Source: Candidatus Aminicenantes bacterium (GTDB taxonomy: Bacteria; Acidobacteriota; Aminicenantia; Aminicenantales; UBA4085). From it: DNA of 64,000 nucleotides. The notes beneath the pieces were generated by a model. That model was not told the DNA's origin and searched no databases. It worked only from the letters and a program-made list of their open reading frames with translations. The stretch covers positions 1,271,221-1,335,220 of the forward strand of contig CAVSPT010000005.1 of assembly GCA_963729855.1 (NCBI GenBank), given 5' to 3'. This document shows, in pieces, positions 10,401 through 19,078 of this stretch (its first letter is position 1; the number at the start of each line of letters is the position of its first letter). The translations under genes were made by a program, and so were the position numbers.

Positions 10401-10441
10401 AAGGCGTGCCTTACCTGAAGAAGGAGGCGGGCGTTTCCTGA
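7403..10441 (+). CDS. S9-family serine peptidase (prolyl oligopeptidase / acylaminoacyl-peptidase-like) with an N-terminal beta-propeller and Pro/Ala/Gly-rich linkers
   Basis: C-terminal alpha/beta-hydrolase region with the motif GVSGHSYSG (GxSxG), a conserved Asp in IMHGTADPTV, and a His in EGHGL. N-terminal signal peptide. Two low-complexity P/A/G-rich segments. Confidence 0.8.
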   Translation: MNRNTARTAITRRWIPVFAFVLAVGMTAAFSLPQAQTAAKKAMTVDDYAKWRDIASREISGDGGWVAYVLQLTNTIPAEAKPVLHLLNLETDVETTVNDASDPAFSSDSKWIAYQVDPGAAQRARAARTGSGGTPSTQPAAPPATPPVPAPAEAPGTQPGQGQTGRGAAPAAIPPRRVELRNLKTGAVRSWQDIGTFAFAPTSTHLVLRRRGAETAGPTGQRGGGGPQAPVGGAGSASAAAGSRGQDAILLDLRTGSFQFLGSVGDFAFNRSGELLAFTVDAAVKDGNGVFVFDTRNGRVTPLDNDAEIYSRLAWNDDGTAIAALKGSEVEKMRERNNVLVAFPDIPAALKDGAGAPLAVVLDPAKADGFPKGWIVSDRAALAWSEDNNRVFFGIKEQVPAPETTRKSTDEVADVDVWNTGDERVQSLQMVRAEQERNFTFRQAFDLSAKRFVRLADETMRELDVAPDGKWAVGLDARAYIRNEKILPTADIYRVNTSTGERTLVAKGQLTGRHTFGISPYGRHFLFWKDNTIQAYDFEAGTTKALGAGEVSFVDLEDDHPGTKPSYGIAGYSSDGKAVIAQHRYDLWLVPFDGSAPKNLTRGAGAKSEIRFRILRPVPADPTLPRSVGPRGTIDLSKPVTLSAYGEWTKKSGYYELAGGQLKELIYEDASFSNPVRAMKADRFLFTRQTFVEFPDLRVSGSSFRESRKISDANPQQKDYLWGHRLLFDYKNKDGVRLQGILAIPDDYKPGEKRPMLVIFYEKNSQNMHMYSAPAYLPSMGRMPVQAVSNGYLSMLPDIHFRTGSSHTDMLECVEAATRKVIEMGYADPKRIGVSGHSYSGEGAAFIGTMSKMFAAVGMGAGVVDLYNDFSMPWGWGYGYQGGSGDTAFQYYLYDQGRWGFSPWDRPDRYYFESALTHAPNVSAPFLIMHGTADPTVGFINGLAFYNALRYNGKKAVLLAYPNEGHGLRGLANRRDLTIRFFEFFDHYLKGAPAPKWLTEGVPYLKKEAGVS

Positions 10442-10584
10442 ATCCTTGTCGAGGGCCGGCGGAAGGAAGATCATCGCTTCCGTCCCCACGGATCTTTGGG
10501 TGATCGACCGCCGGCTCCAGGGGCCTTGGAGCCGCGGTCTCTCATTTCACAGGCGGTCCATTCAAGGAGGGCGGGTCAATTCTC

Positions 10585-11310
10585 ATGGGTTCGATGCTGT
10601 TCGAGGTCAAAAACCTTTCGAAGCGATTCGGCCGGATCGCCGCGCTGGCGGACGTCAGCTTCCACGTGCGGTCGGGCGAAGTGCTTGGGCTGATCGGTCC
10701 CAACGGCGCCGGCAAGTCGACGCTGTTCGAGTGCGTCGCCGGAGTTTTGCCGTCCGACGGCGGGACGATGAGCGCCGGCGGCCGGCCGGTGGGGGCGCGG
10801 GAGCGCCGTTCCCTCCTCTTTTACGTTCCCGACGGAATCACGCCGTGGCCGGCGCAGTCCGTGGGCTGGGCGCTCGATTTTACAATCGGGTTTCTCGGTG
10901 GCCGGTCGGATCTTCGCCGGGACGTGGTCGAGCGTCTCGACCTCCGGGAGTTGCTGCGCCAGCCGATCGGCACGCTCTCGAAGGGCCAGCGGAAGCGCGC
11001 GCTTCTCGCCGTAGGCTTGCTGACGCGCCAGCCGGCGCTGCTCATCGACGAGCCCTTCGAGGGTCTCGACCTGCGCCAGGCGCGCGACATCGCGGCGGCG
11101 TTCCGGGCGCACGTGGCCGGGGGACGGACGCTGTTTCTCTCGATTCACCAGATCGGCGATGCCGCGCGCTTCTGTGAGCGGTTCGTTCTGCTCAGCGGCG
11201 GGCGGATGTGCGGCCAAGGCACCGTCGAGGAACTGGCGGCCCTGGCGGCCGCGGGGAATGTGTCGGGCCCGTCCCGGGACCTGGAAGAGGTGTTTCTTGC
11301 GCTCACCTAG
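10585..11310 (+). CDS. ABC transporter ATP-binding protein
   Basis: Walker A GPNGAGKST, ABC signature LSKGQRKR, Walker B LLIDEPFEGLD. Confidence 0.85.
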   Translation: MGSMLFEVKNLSKRFGRIAALADVSFHVRSGEVLGLIGPNGAGKSTLFECVAGVLPSDGGTMSAGGRPVGARERRSLLFYVPDGITPWPAQSVGWALDFTIGFLGGRSDLRRDVVERLDLRELLRQPIGTLSKGQRKRALLAVGLLTRQPALLIDEPFEGLDLRQARDIAAAFRAHVAGGRTLFLSIHQIGDAARFCERFVLLSGGRMCGQGTVEELAALAAAGNVSGPSRDLEEVFLALT

Positions 11311-11329
11311 GTCCGCGTTCCTGTGGCTG

Positions 11330-12625
11330 GTGGACAAGGAATTTCACGGACTGATCGCGTCCCGGGCCTGGTGGGTGCTGCTTCTCGCCATGGGACCGCT
11401 GGTGGGCGTGTCGTTCATCAGCGCCGTTCGGACCTACGCGGAAGTGAGCGGCCTGAACGGAACGGCGGCCGGCGTCGGCGAGGCGTTGTCGCCGCTGACC
11501 GGAGTCTGGGCCCCGACGTTCAGCGCCTGCGAGCTGGCGGCGGTCTTCCTGCTGCCCTTTGTGGCGATTCGTCTCGTGGCCGGCGACCGGCAAAGCGGCG
11601 CCCTCAAGCTCGAACTTCAGCAGGGGATGTCCCCGTTTACGCGCATCACGGCGAAGGCGCTGGTTCTGCTGGCGGGCTGGCTGGCGGCGATGCTGCCGCC
11701 CTTGAGCGCCGTCCTGTTGTGGAAAAGCTACGGAGGCGGCGTCTATCCGCCGGAGCTGGCCGCGCTGGCGGTCGGCCACGTGCTCAACGCCGGGCTGACC
11801 ATCGGGCTCGCTGCGGCCATGGCTTCGCTGACCGAGCATCCCTCGACGGCGGCGATCCTGACGCTCAGCGTGACGGTCGGCACATGGATCATCAATTTCT
11901 TCGGCGCGGTGCAGGGCGGCTTGTGGGAACGCGCCGCCGGATACACGCCCGCCGCCATGGTGGCCGAGTTTCAGCACGGACTGGTGAGGCTGGACACCGC
12001 GCTCATCTCGCTCGTGCTGATCGTGACGGGCCTCGGCCTGGCGGCGGTCTGGATGCGCCTGGGCGTACCGGTGAAGCGCCGGCTGTTCGAATCGGCCGGC
12101 GTCGGCGTGCTGGCGGCGGGCGGCCTTTTCGCCTGCACGCTCCTGACCGCGAGTTGGGACGCGTCGGAGAGCCGAAGCAACTCGTTCTCCCGGGCCAACG
12201 AACGGGCGCTCCGGCAGATCCAGGCGCCGCTGCGCATCGAGGCCCATCTCGCGCCGGAGGATCCGCGGCGGGCCGATCTCGAGCGCCGGGCGCTTTCGAA
12301 GCTGCGTCGCGTCATGCCCAAGCTGCGCGTGACATATGTGTCGGCCACGTCGATCGGGCTTTTCGAGCAGACGAGGGCCGGTTACGGCGAGATCTGGTAT
12401 GAGATGGGCGGGCGGAAGACGATGGGGCGCGCGACGACGGCCGAAGGCGTGCTCGAAGCGATTTACGCGCTGGCCGGCGTCGCGCCGCCTCCCGGGAGCG
12501 AGGAGGCGGTTTTTCGCGGGCATCCCCTCGCCGTGCCGGCCAAAGGCGCTGCGGCCCTGTTTTATGGACTCTGGCCGGGGTTGATTCTGGCCGGCGGAAT
12601 CTTTGCACAAAGGAGAACAAAATGA
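11330..12625 (+). CDS. ABC-2 family permease with a C-terminal GldG-like (auxiliary component) extension; start codon uncertain
   Basis: Six predicted TM segments downstream of the ATPase gene. The C-terminal ~150 aa loosely resemble the N-terminus of GldG. The track ORF (11159..12625) overlaps the end of the ATPase; GTG at 11330 and the downstream ATG are alternative starts. Confidence 0.6.
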   Translation: MDKEFHGLIASRAWWVLLLAMGPLVGVSFISAVRTYAEVSGLNGTAAGVGEALSPLTGVWAPTFSACELAAVFLLPFVAIRLVAGDRQSGALKLELQQGMSPFTRITAKALVLLAGWLAAMLPPLSAVLLWKSYGGGVYPPELAALAVGHVLNAGLTIGLAAAMASLTEHPSTAAILTLSVTVGTWIINFFGAVQGGLWERAAGYTPAAMVAEFQHGLVRLDTALISLVLIVTGLGLAAVWMRLGVPVKRRLFESAGVGVLAAGGLFACTLLTASWDASESRSNSFSRANERALRQIQAPLRIEAHLAPEDPRRADLERRALSKLRRVMPKLRVTYVSATSIGLFEQTRAGYGEIWYEMGGRKTMGRATTAEGVLEAIYALAGVAPPPGSEEAVFRGHPLAVPAKGAAALFYGLWPGLILAGGIFAQRRTK

Positions 12626-13422
12626 ACGTGGTTGCGCGAAGCGGATGGATTTTCCTGACCGCCGTCGTCCTGGCCGCGACGTCCGGAGCGGCGGAGATAA
12701 AAGTCGATCTCAGCAAGGAACAGGCCGGCCAGCCGCCGGTCACGTTCGAACCGATGGTCGGAACCTGGGTTGTCGCCCAGGACGGCGGCGAGAACGTGAT
12801 CATGGTCGACGGCCGGCCGTGGGTGGCGAGCAAGGACAATCCCACGAAGCTGCTGCTGCAAACGGCGCGCAAGCTGTACGGCACGTCGAACGAAGAGCTG
12901 ATGGACAACGCGAAACAGTTCGCCTACTATCCCGTGGCGGTCCTGAAGAACGTGGAAAATTTTTCCGACGGCACGATCAGCATGAAATTCAAGACCGTGG
13001 CCGGCGACTCGGACCGCTGTTCGGGCATTCTCTTCAATGTGAAGCCGAACGGCGATTGGCTGGCGGTCCGCTACAACGACACCGAAAACAACGTCGCGCT
13101 GTGGGAATTCCACTACGGCATCCGGCGGAGCGTCAAGTTCAGCGACCGGTCCAAGCCGTTCATGCTGGACCGGAACGCCTGGCACGAGCTGAAAATGACG
13201 GTGGACGGGGCCGAATTCAAGGCCTGGCTCGACGGGGCTTTGGCCCTGGAGTACACGCTCGGCAGCGAGCCGCAGGCCGGGAGGAGAGGCCTGCCGAACG
13301 CCGATTTGTCCCCGGCCAACAACCCGGTGCTGCGTCCGCCGGTCGCCGGCAAGGTCGGTCTGTGGTCGAAGACGGACAGCACCAGCTACTTCAAGGATTA
13401 TGCCGTCAGCCCTCGGAAGTGA
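12622..13422 (+). CDS. Secreted DUF1080-like (concanavalin-like fold, 3-keto-disaccharide-hydrolase family) protein
   Basis: RBS AAGGAG. Signal peptide. Resembles DUF1080 motifs (GTWVVAQDG…, NAWHELKMTVDGAEFKAWLDG). Confidence 0.5.
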   Translation: MNVVARSGWIFLTAVVLAATSGAAEIKVDLSKEQAGQPPVTFEPMVGTWVVAQDGGENVIMVDGRPWVASKDNPTKLLLQTARKLYGTSNEELMDNAKQFAYYPVAVLKNVENFSDGTISMKFKTVAGDSDRCSGILFNVKPNGDWLAVRYNDTENNVALWEFHYGIRRSVKFSDRSKPFMLDRNAWHELKMTVDGAEFKAWLDGALALEYTLGSEPQAGRRGLPNADLSPANNPVLRPPVAGKVGLWSKTDSTSYFKDYAVSPRK

Positions 13423-13653
13423 AGCCGGGCGCGGCGCCTCAGCCGCCGCGGCTTTTTCCGGCGCTCGTATTCGCCTCCTTTCCTTGACCCCCGCCGTGAA
13501 TCGACGATACAATCGGAGCTTCAACATGACAACGGATTCAGCGGCCGGAGCACGAAATCGCCTCGCCGCGGTAAAGGAAAAATCCGTTGATTGGACGGGA
13601 TCGGCCGATCGGTGAAGTCCTTTCGGCCTGGTCCGTTGAAAGGAAGACGGCCC

Positions 13654-15894
13654 ATGAAGGTTCTTTCAAGATGGATTTGGATGATGGCCCTGGTTCCCTG
13701 GTTTCCGGGCGGCGGGGCGCAGGCTCAAAATGCCCCCCCGGAGCGGTCCCTGGAAAAGCAGTTCGATTCCCATCTCTCGCCGGCGGACATGAAGGCCAGA
13801 CTGGAGCGGCTCAGCGCGCGTCCCCATCATGTCGGCTCCCCGTATGACAAGGAAAACGCCGAGTTCATCCTTTCCCAGTATAAAACGTGGGGACTCGACG
13901 CCCGCATCGAAGAGTTCAGCGCCTTGTTTCCGACTCCCAAGACGCGCCTCCTGGAGATGATATCTCCCGTCCGGTACACGGCGGTCTTGAAGGAGGCGCC
14001 GCTGAAGGAAGATGGGACTTCGGGCCAGGTTGCCGAGCAGCTGGCGACCTACAACGCCTACTCCATCGACGGCGATGTGACCGCCGACCTCATCTACGTG
14101 AATTATGGAGTTGTCTCCGACTACGAGGAGCTCGAGAGGATGGGGATCGATGTCCGGGGCAAGATCGTCATCACCCGTTACGGCGGATCCTGGAGAGGGA
14201 TCAAGCCGAAACTGGCCGCCGAGCACGGAGCGATCGGTTGTCTGATCTATTCCGATCCGAAAGACGACGGTTTCTACGTCGGCGATGTCTATCCCAAGGG
14301 CGCCTGGAGAAACGAATTCGGCGTCCAGAGAGGCTCGGTCGTGGATATGCCCGTCTACCCCGGCGATCCGTCGACGCCTTTTGTCGGGGCGACGCCGGGC
14401 GTCCGGCGCCTTTCCGTCAAAGACATCAAGGTCCTGACGAAAATACCGGTTCTTCCGATCTCCTACCGTGACGCTCTTCCCCTGCTCCAATCCCTGACCG
14501 GGCCGGTCGCCCCGGATCATTGGAAGGGGGCTCTGCCCCTGACCTATCATGTCGGGCCGGGACCGGCCAAGGTCCATCTGAAACTGGAGTTCAATTGGGA
14601 CATCAAGCCGATCTTCGACGTCATCGCCATGATCAGGGGGAGCGTCTACCCCGATCAATGGATCATCAGGGGAAATCACCATGACGGCTGGGTGAACGGG
14701 GCGGAGGATCCTCTCAGCGGACAGGTGGCGACGATGGAGGAGGGCAAGGCGCTTGGCGAGCTGGCCCGAAGCGGCTGGAGGCCGAAACGGACCATTGTTT
14801 ATTGCGCCTGGGACGGGGAAGAGCCGGGATTGATCGGCTCCACGGAATGGGTGGAGACCCACGCCGACGAATTGCGGCAGAAGGCGGTCGCCTATATCAA
14901 TTCCGATTCCAACGGGCGGGGGTTTTTCTTCGTCGAGGGATCGCATACGCTCCAGCATTTCATCAACGACGTCGCCCGGGACGTCACCGATCCCGAAAAG
15001 CACATCAGCGTCTGGCAGAGGGCCCGGGCGGCCAGGCTCCTGGCCGGCTCTCCCGGGGAGAAAATGAGCATCCGGTCCGCAAAGGATTTGGAGATCGGGG
15101 CCCTGGGATCGGGTTCCGATTTCACTCCCTTCCTTCAACACATCGGCATCGCTTCCCTGAATATCGGCTATGGCGGTGAAAGCGAAGGAGGCGCCTACCA
15201 TTCCATTTACGATTCTTTCGATCATTTCATGCGCTTCGGGGATCCGACCTTCGCCTACGAGGTCGCTCTGGCCCAGACGGGCGGGCATGCGGTCATCCGT
15301 TTGGCGGACGCCGATATCCTTCCCTTCAACTTCTCGGATTTCGCGGAAACCGTGTCCGGGTATTTGGGCCAGGTCAAGGCCCTGACTCAGACCATGAGGG
15401 ATGAAACGCTCGAATTGGACCGGGAGCTCCAGGACCATGTGTTCGCCGATGTCGCCGATCCGGCCAAGACCTTTCGGGCCCCCGAAGCCCAGGACCCGGT
15501 TCCGTATCTGAATTTCGCGCCGCTCGAAAACGCCGTCAGCACTCTCCGCAAGAGCGCGGAGGAATATCGGAAAGCGGGGCACGACCTGGAGGAAAGCGGG
15601 CGGAAACCGGCCGCCGACCAGCTCTTGCGTTTGAACGAGATCATCTTCAGGACCGAACGGGCGCTGACGAAGCCTGAAGGATTGAAAGGACGTCCCTGGT
15701 TCATCCACGAAATCTACGCCCCGGGCCTCTACACGGGCTACGGCGTGATGACGCTTCCGGGCGTCCGGGAGGCGATCGAACGGCGGCAGTGGGACGAAGC
15801 CGACCGGCAGATGATCGTCGTCGGGAAAACGCTGGAGGCCTATTCCCTCGAAATCCGTCAGGCGACGGCCATCCTCCAATCCGCGCTGAAATAG
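13654..15894 (+). CDS. M28-family peptidase, glutamate carboxypeptidase II / transferrin-receptor-like (PA domain + M28 + dimerisation domain)
   Basis: HHDGWVNGAEDPLSG and WDGEEPGLIGSTEWVE match the GCPII zinc-site motifs (HRDSWVFG…, WDAEEFGLLGSTEW). Signal peptide MKVLSRWIWMMALVPW. ATG at 13654 with AAAGGAAG RBS. Confidence 0.8.
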   Translation: MKVLSRWIWMMALVPWFPGGGAQAQNAPPERSLEKQFDSHLSPADMKARLERLSARPHHVGSPYDKENAEFILSQYKTWGLDARIEEFSALFPTPKTRLLEMISPVRYTAVLKEAPLKEDGTSGQVAEQLATYNAYSIDGDVTADLIYVNYGVVSDYEELERMGIDVRGKIVITRYGGSWRGIKPKLAAEHGAIGCLIYSDPKDDGFYVGDVYPKGAWRNEFGVQRGSVVDMPVYPGDPSTPFVGATPGVRRLSVKDIKVLTKIPVLPISYRDALPLLQSLTGPVAPDHWKGALPLTYHVGPGPAKVHLKLEFNWDIKPIFDVIAMIRGSVYPDQWIIRGNHHDGWVNGAEDPLSGQVATMEEGKALGELARSGWRPKRTIVYCAWDGEEPGLIGSTEWVETHADELRQKAVAYINSDSNGRGFFFVEGSHTLQHFINDVARDVTDPEKHISVWQRARAARLLAGSPGEKMSIRSAKDLEIGALGSGSDFTPFLQHIGIASLNIGYGGESEGGAYHSIYDSFDHFMRFGDPTFAYEVALAQTGGHAVIRLADADILPFNFSDFAETVSGYLGQVKALTQTMRDETLELDRELQDHVFADVADPAKTFRAPEAQDPVPYLNFAPLENAVSTLRKSAEEYRKAGHDLEESGRKPAADQLLRLNEIIFRTERALTKPEGLKGRPWFIHEIYAPGLYTGYGVMTLPGVREAIERRQWDEADRQMIVVGKTLEAYSLEIRQATAILQSALK

Positions 15895-15910
15895 CGGAAG
15901 CCGTTCCCGC

Positions 15911-18670
15911 CTATCCCGTCGGATTCTTCTGGCGGGGGTCGGGCTTCACCGTCAACGGCTGAGTGAAGGTCTGCCCATCCACGGTCAGCTTGACGGTGAA
16001 TGGGCCGGATGGAACGGCCGCTCCTCCGCCTCCGGCGCGCTGGCCGCCGCCAGCCGCTCCGCCCGTTTCGCCCCTCGGCCCTCCGCCTCCGGCGACTCTG
16101 GAGCGGAGATCCCAGATCCAGCGGTGGTGGCCCGCCTCGGCCGACAACGGCGCCGGCGTCGTGACCCAGACGGCGGCCACCGTGAGCGTGTTGGGGTTCG
16201 GGGATGCGATTTTGTCGTCACTCGAGCAGCGCCGGATGCTCTGTCCCGCGGCGTCAAAAATCTCGAGGGTGACGGGCCCGGAGGCCCGCGATTTCAGGTA
16301 ATAATCGATCACCGCCCCGTAGGGCGGATTTTCGGCGAACGGCTCGTCTTTCGGCTGCGGGGTTCCGTTTTCGCTCGGCGGCGGGAAGGCTGTGACCTCG
16401 GCCGGCATGAAGAGAAATGGGCCTGATTGCGCGACGGCCTCGTTGAATTGGCGCAGCACCGTGATGTCGTCGAGAACCCAGAATCCCCTCCCGTGCGTGG
16501 CGACGATCAGATCGTCGCCGTGGATGGCGATGTCGCGCATCGACGCCGGCGGCAGATTGAGTTGCAGCGACTGCCAGTAATCGCCGTCGTCGAACGAGAC
16601 GAACACTCCGAGTTCCGTGCCCGCGAAGAGAAGCCCGCGTCTCAACGGATCGGCCTTCACGGTTTGAAGATAGACTCCCTCGGGCAGACCCGTCGTGATT
16701 TTCCGCCAGGTTCGACCGCCGTCGCGCGTCCTGAAAAGATACGGCTCGTAATCTTCGAGCTGATGCCGTTCCACGGCGGCATAGGCCTCGTTCGCGTCGA
16801 GGGCCGAGGCGTCGATCATGGTCACCTTGCTCCACGCGGTCAGCGTCGGCGGCGTGACGTTCCGCCAGGTCTTGCCGTCGTCCGTTGTGACCCGGATCAG
16901 CCCGTCGTCCGTGCCGATCCAGATCGTCGGGGCCGACAGGGGCGAAGGCGCGATCGTGGAGATGACCCCTCGCCGCTTGCCCGGCGGGGAGTCCGCCGCC
17001 GCGGCCTCGTCCAGGTTGGACGGCACTCCGGGGTCCTCCCGAGTGAGATCCGGGCTGATCGGCGTCCAGTTCTCGCCGCCGTCGACGGTCTTATAGAGAT
17101 ATTGGTTGGCGAAGTAGAGCGCCTGCGGGTTCGCTTTGGAAAAGACGAGCGGCTGCGTCCAGGCATGCCGAAACGGTCCTCCCGGAGCGCCCCGCTCGGG
17201 TGAGACGTTCCGGGAAGCGCCGGTGATGACGTTCCATCGCGTGACCATGCCGCCGAAGAGAATGTCGGGATGGAGCGGATCGGGCGCCGTGTAGCCGCTT
17301 TCGCCGCCGGCGCCAAGGCCCGTCCAATCGTGCTCGGAGAGCTCAGCGCGCGGGCTCCGGACGGGCGTGCCGACCGCGCCGCTGTCCTGCTGGGCGCCCG
17401 TCACCCAGTAGGGGACTCGGTCGTCGGCCGCGACGTGATACAGCTGCGCGGTCGGCTGATTGTACCAGGAACTCCAGGTCGCCGCGCCGTCCACACTGAC
17501 GACCGCCCCCTGGTCGCTGGCGACGATCATCCGCTTCGGATCGTCGGGATCAATCCACAGCTGGTGATAGTCGTCGCCCCCCGGGGCCCCCTTGATCGGC
17601 GTCCAGGTCTTTCCGGCGTCGATGGATCGATAGAGCGCCGTGTTCGATAGATAGACGATATCCGCGTTTTTGGGATCCACGGCGACTTTGCCGAAGTACC
17701 AACCGCGGCCCCACAGGCGGTTTTCGGCGGACACTTGGGTCCATGTTGCGCCGGCGTCATCCGAGCGGAAAAATCCGCCCGCCTTCGCGTCGACGACGGC
17801 GTAGATGCGATTCGCTCTGGTCGGCGCCACGGCGAGGCCTATGCGTCCGACCCCCCCGTTCGGAAGGCCGGCCGTCAGAGGCTCCCATGTGTCTCCGCCG
17901 TCCCTGGATTTATAGAGACCGCCGGCCGGGCCGGTCGAGGGGGCATAGATGTACCACGGTGGACGGCGGGTGGCCCAAAGCGCGGCGTAAATGATCTTCG
18001 CGTCGGTCGGATCGAACGCCAGATCCACCGCCCCGAGGCCGTCGTCCCTGTAAAGGACCTTCTGCCAGGACGCGCCCCCGTCGCGGGAGCGATAAACACC
18101 CCGGTCCGGGCTGGGGCCGTAGGCATGGCCGAGAGCGGCGACGAAGACGACGTCCGGGTTTTTCGGATCGACCAGGACGCGGCCGATTTGCCGGGTGGCC
18201 TCGAGGCCGATGTGCGTCCAGGAGAGGCCGGCGTCGGTGGATTTGTACATCCCGTTGCCGAAGCCGATCGAATCGCGCATGTCGGCCTCGCCCGTTCCGA
18301 CATAGACGACGGCGGGATGAGACGGCGCGACGCCGATGGCTCCGATCGAGGCGACGGGCTGCGCGTCGAAGATCGGCTTCCAGGTACGGCCGGCGTTGGC
18401 GGATTTCCACAGGCCGCCGCCGACCGAACCGAAGAAGAACATTTCCGGCTCACCGGGTACGCCGCTTACGGCGTTGACCCGGCCGCCGCGGAACGGCCCG
18501 ATCATCCGCCAGCGGAGATCGGAAAAGAAGATTGGCCCGCCCGGCTTCGGAGGAGTCAGGGCCGAGGAAGGAGTTCTTGAGGCCGGCGATGCCGGCAGCC
18601 CCAGGCCGAGAAGCACGACGATCGTTCCGATCGCTGCAAGGCCCCTGATTTTATTATTCGGCGCATGCAT
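15911..18670 (-). CDS. BNR/Asp-box repeat protein (sortilin/Vps10- or GH74-like beta-propellers), secreted
   Basis: At least nine S-x-D-x-G-x-T-W Asp-box repeats (STDAGLSW, SRDGGASW, SRDGGDTW, SDDAGATW, SIDAGKTW, TVDGGENW, TDDGKTW, TRDGGRTW…). ATG at 18670 with AAGGAGG RBS. Signal or anchor LAAIGTIVVLLGLGL. Confidence 0.75.
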   Translation of the reverse strand: MHAPNNKIRGLAAIGTIVVLLGLGLPASPASRTPSSALTPPKPGGPIFFSDLRWRMIGPFRGGRVNAVSGVPGEPEMFFFGSVGGGLWKSANAGRTWKPIFDAQPVASIGAIGVAPSHPAVVYVGTGEADMRDSIGFGNGMYKSTDAGLSWTHIGLEATRQIGRVLVDPKNPDVVFVAALGHAYGPSPDRGVYRSRDGGASWQKVLYRDDGLGAVDLAFDPTDAKIIYAALWATRRPPWYIYAPSTGPAGGLYKSRDGGDTWEPLTAGLPNGGVGRIGLAVAPTRANRIYAVVDAKAGGFFRSDDAGATWTQVSAENRLWGRGWYFGKVAVDPKNADIVYLSNTALYRSIDAGKTWTPIKGAPGGDDYHQLWIDPDDPKRMIVASDQGAVVSVDGAATWSSWYNQPTAQLYHVAADDRVPYWVTGAQQDSGAVGTPVRSPRAELSEHDWTGLGAGGESGYTAPDPLHPDILFGGMVTRWNVITGASRNVSPERGAPGGPFRHAWTQPLVFSKANPQALYFANQYLYKTVDGGENWTPISPDLTREDPGVPSNLDEAAAADSPPGKRRGVISTIAPSPLSAPTIWIGTDDGLIRVTTDDGKTWRNVTPPTLTAWSKVTMIDASALDANEAYAAVERHQLEDYEPYLFRTRDGGRTWRKITTGLPEGVYLQTVKADPLRRGLLFAGTELGVFVSFDDGDYWQSLQLNLPPASMRDIAIHGDDLIVATHGRGFWVLDDITVLRQFNEAVAQSGPFLFMPAEVTAFPPPSENGTPQPKDEPFAENPPYGAVIDYYLKSRASGPVTLEIFDAAGQSIRRCSSDDKIASPNPNTLTVAAVWVTTPAPLSAEAGHHRWIWDLRSRVAGGGGPRGETGGAAGGGQRAGGGGAAVPSGPFTVKLTVDGQTFTQPLTVKPDPRQKNPTG

Positions 18671-19029
18671 GGCGGTCCTCCTTTCAAGCCCCGTCGGGAG
18701 ATTCGGTCCATGAAAGTCCAAGGACGAATTATGTCGGTATTGAATATGATCGTCAATATTGGCCTAAGGAGGCGACCGGATCCATTCTCTCCAAACGCGC
18801 TTTTTCCCGAATCTTCAGCCCCACCCCCTCTAGGGGTGAGGAGAGGTTAATAAATTTCACCATCCCAATACTCGGCGCCGGTGATTGACCGGACAAGCCG
18901 ATGGAACGACAATCCCTTCGTGAAAAACGAAACCTTCGTCTTTCTATTGCGTTCGATTCGGGCGGAGAGAAATTCCCCTCCCGCGAGCGTCTTTTTCTTG
19001 GGGAGAGGCCCAGATAGTGCCAATTATTG

Positions 19030-19058
19030 TTGACAAAAAATGTCATATCGGTTAATTT
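19030..19058 (+). promoter_or_regulatory. Sigma70-like promoter upstream of pilB (TTGACA-17-TAATTT)
   Basis: -35 TTGACA at 19030-19035, 17-nt spacer, -10 TAATTT at 19053-19058. pilB ATG at 19079. Confidence 0.35.
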
Positions 19059-19078
19059 TAATCATAAGAGAGAGATAA

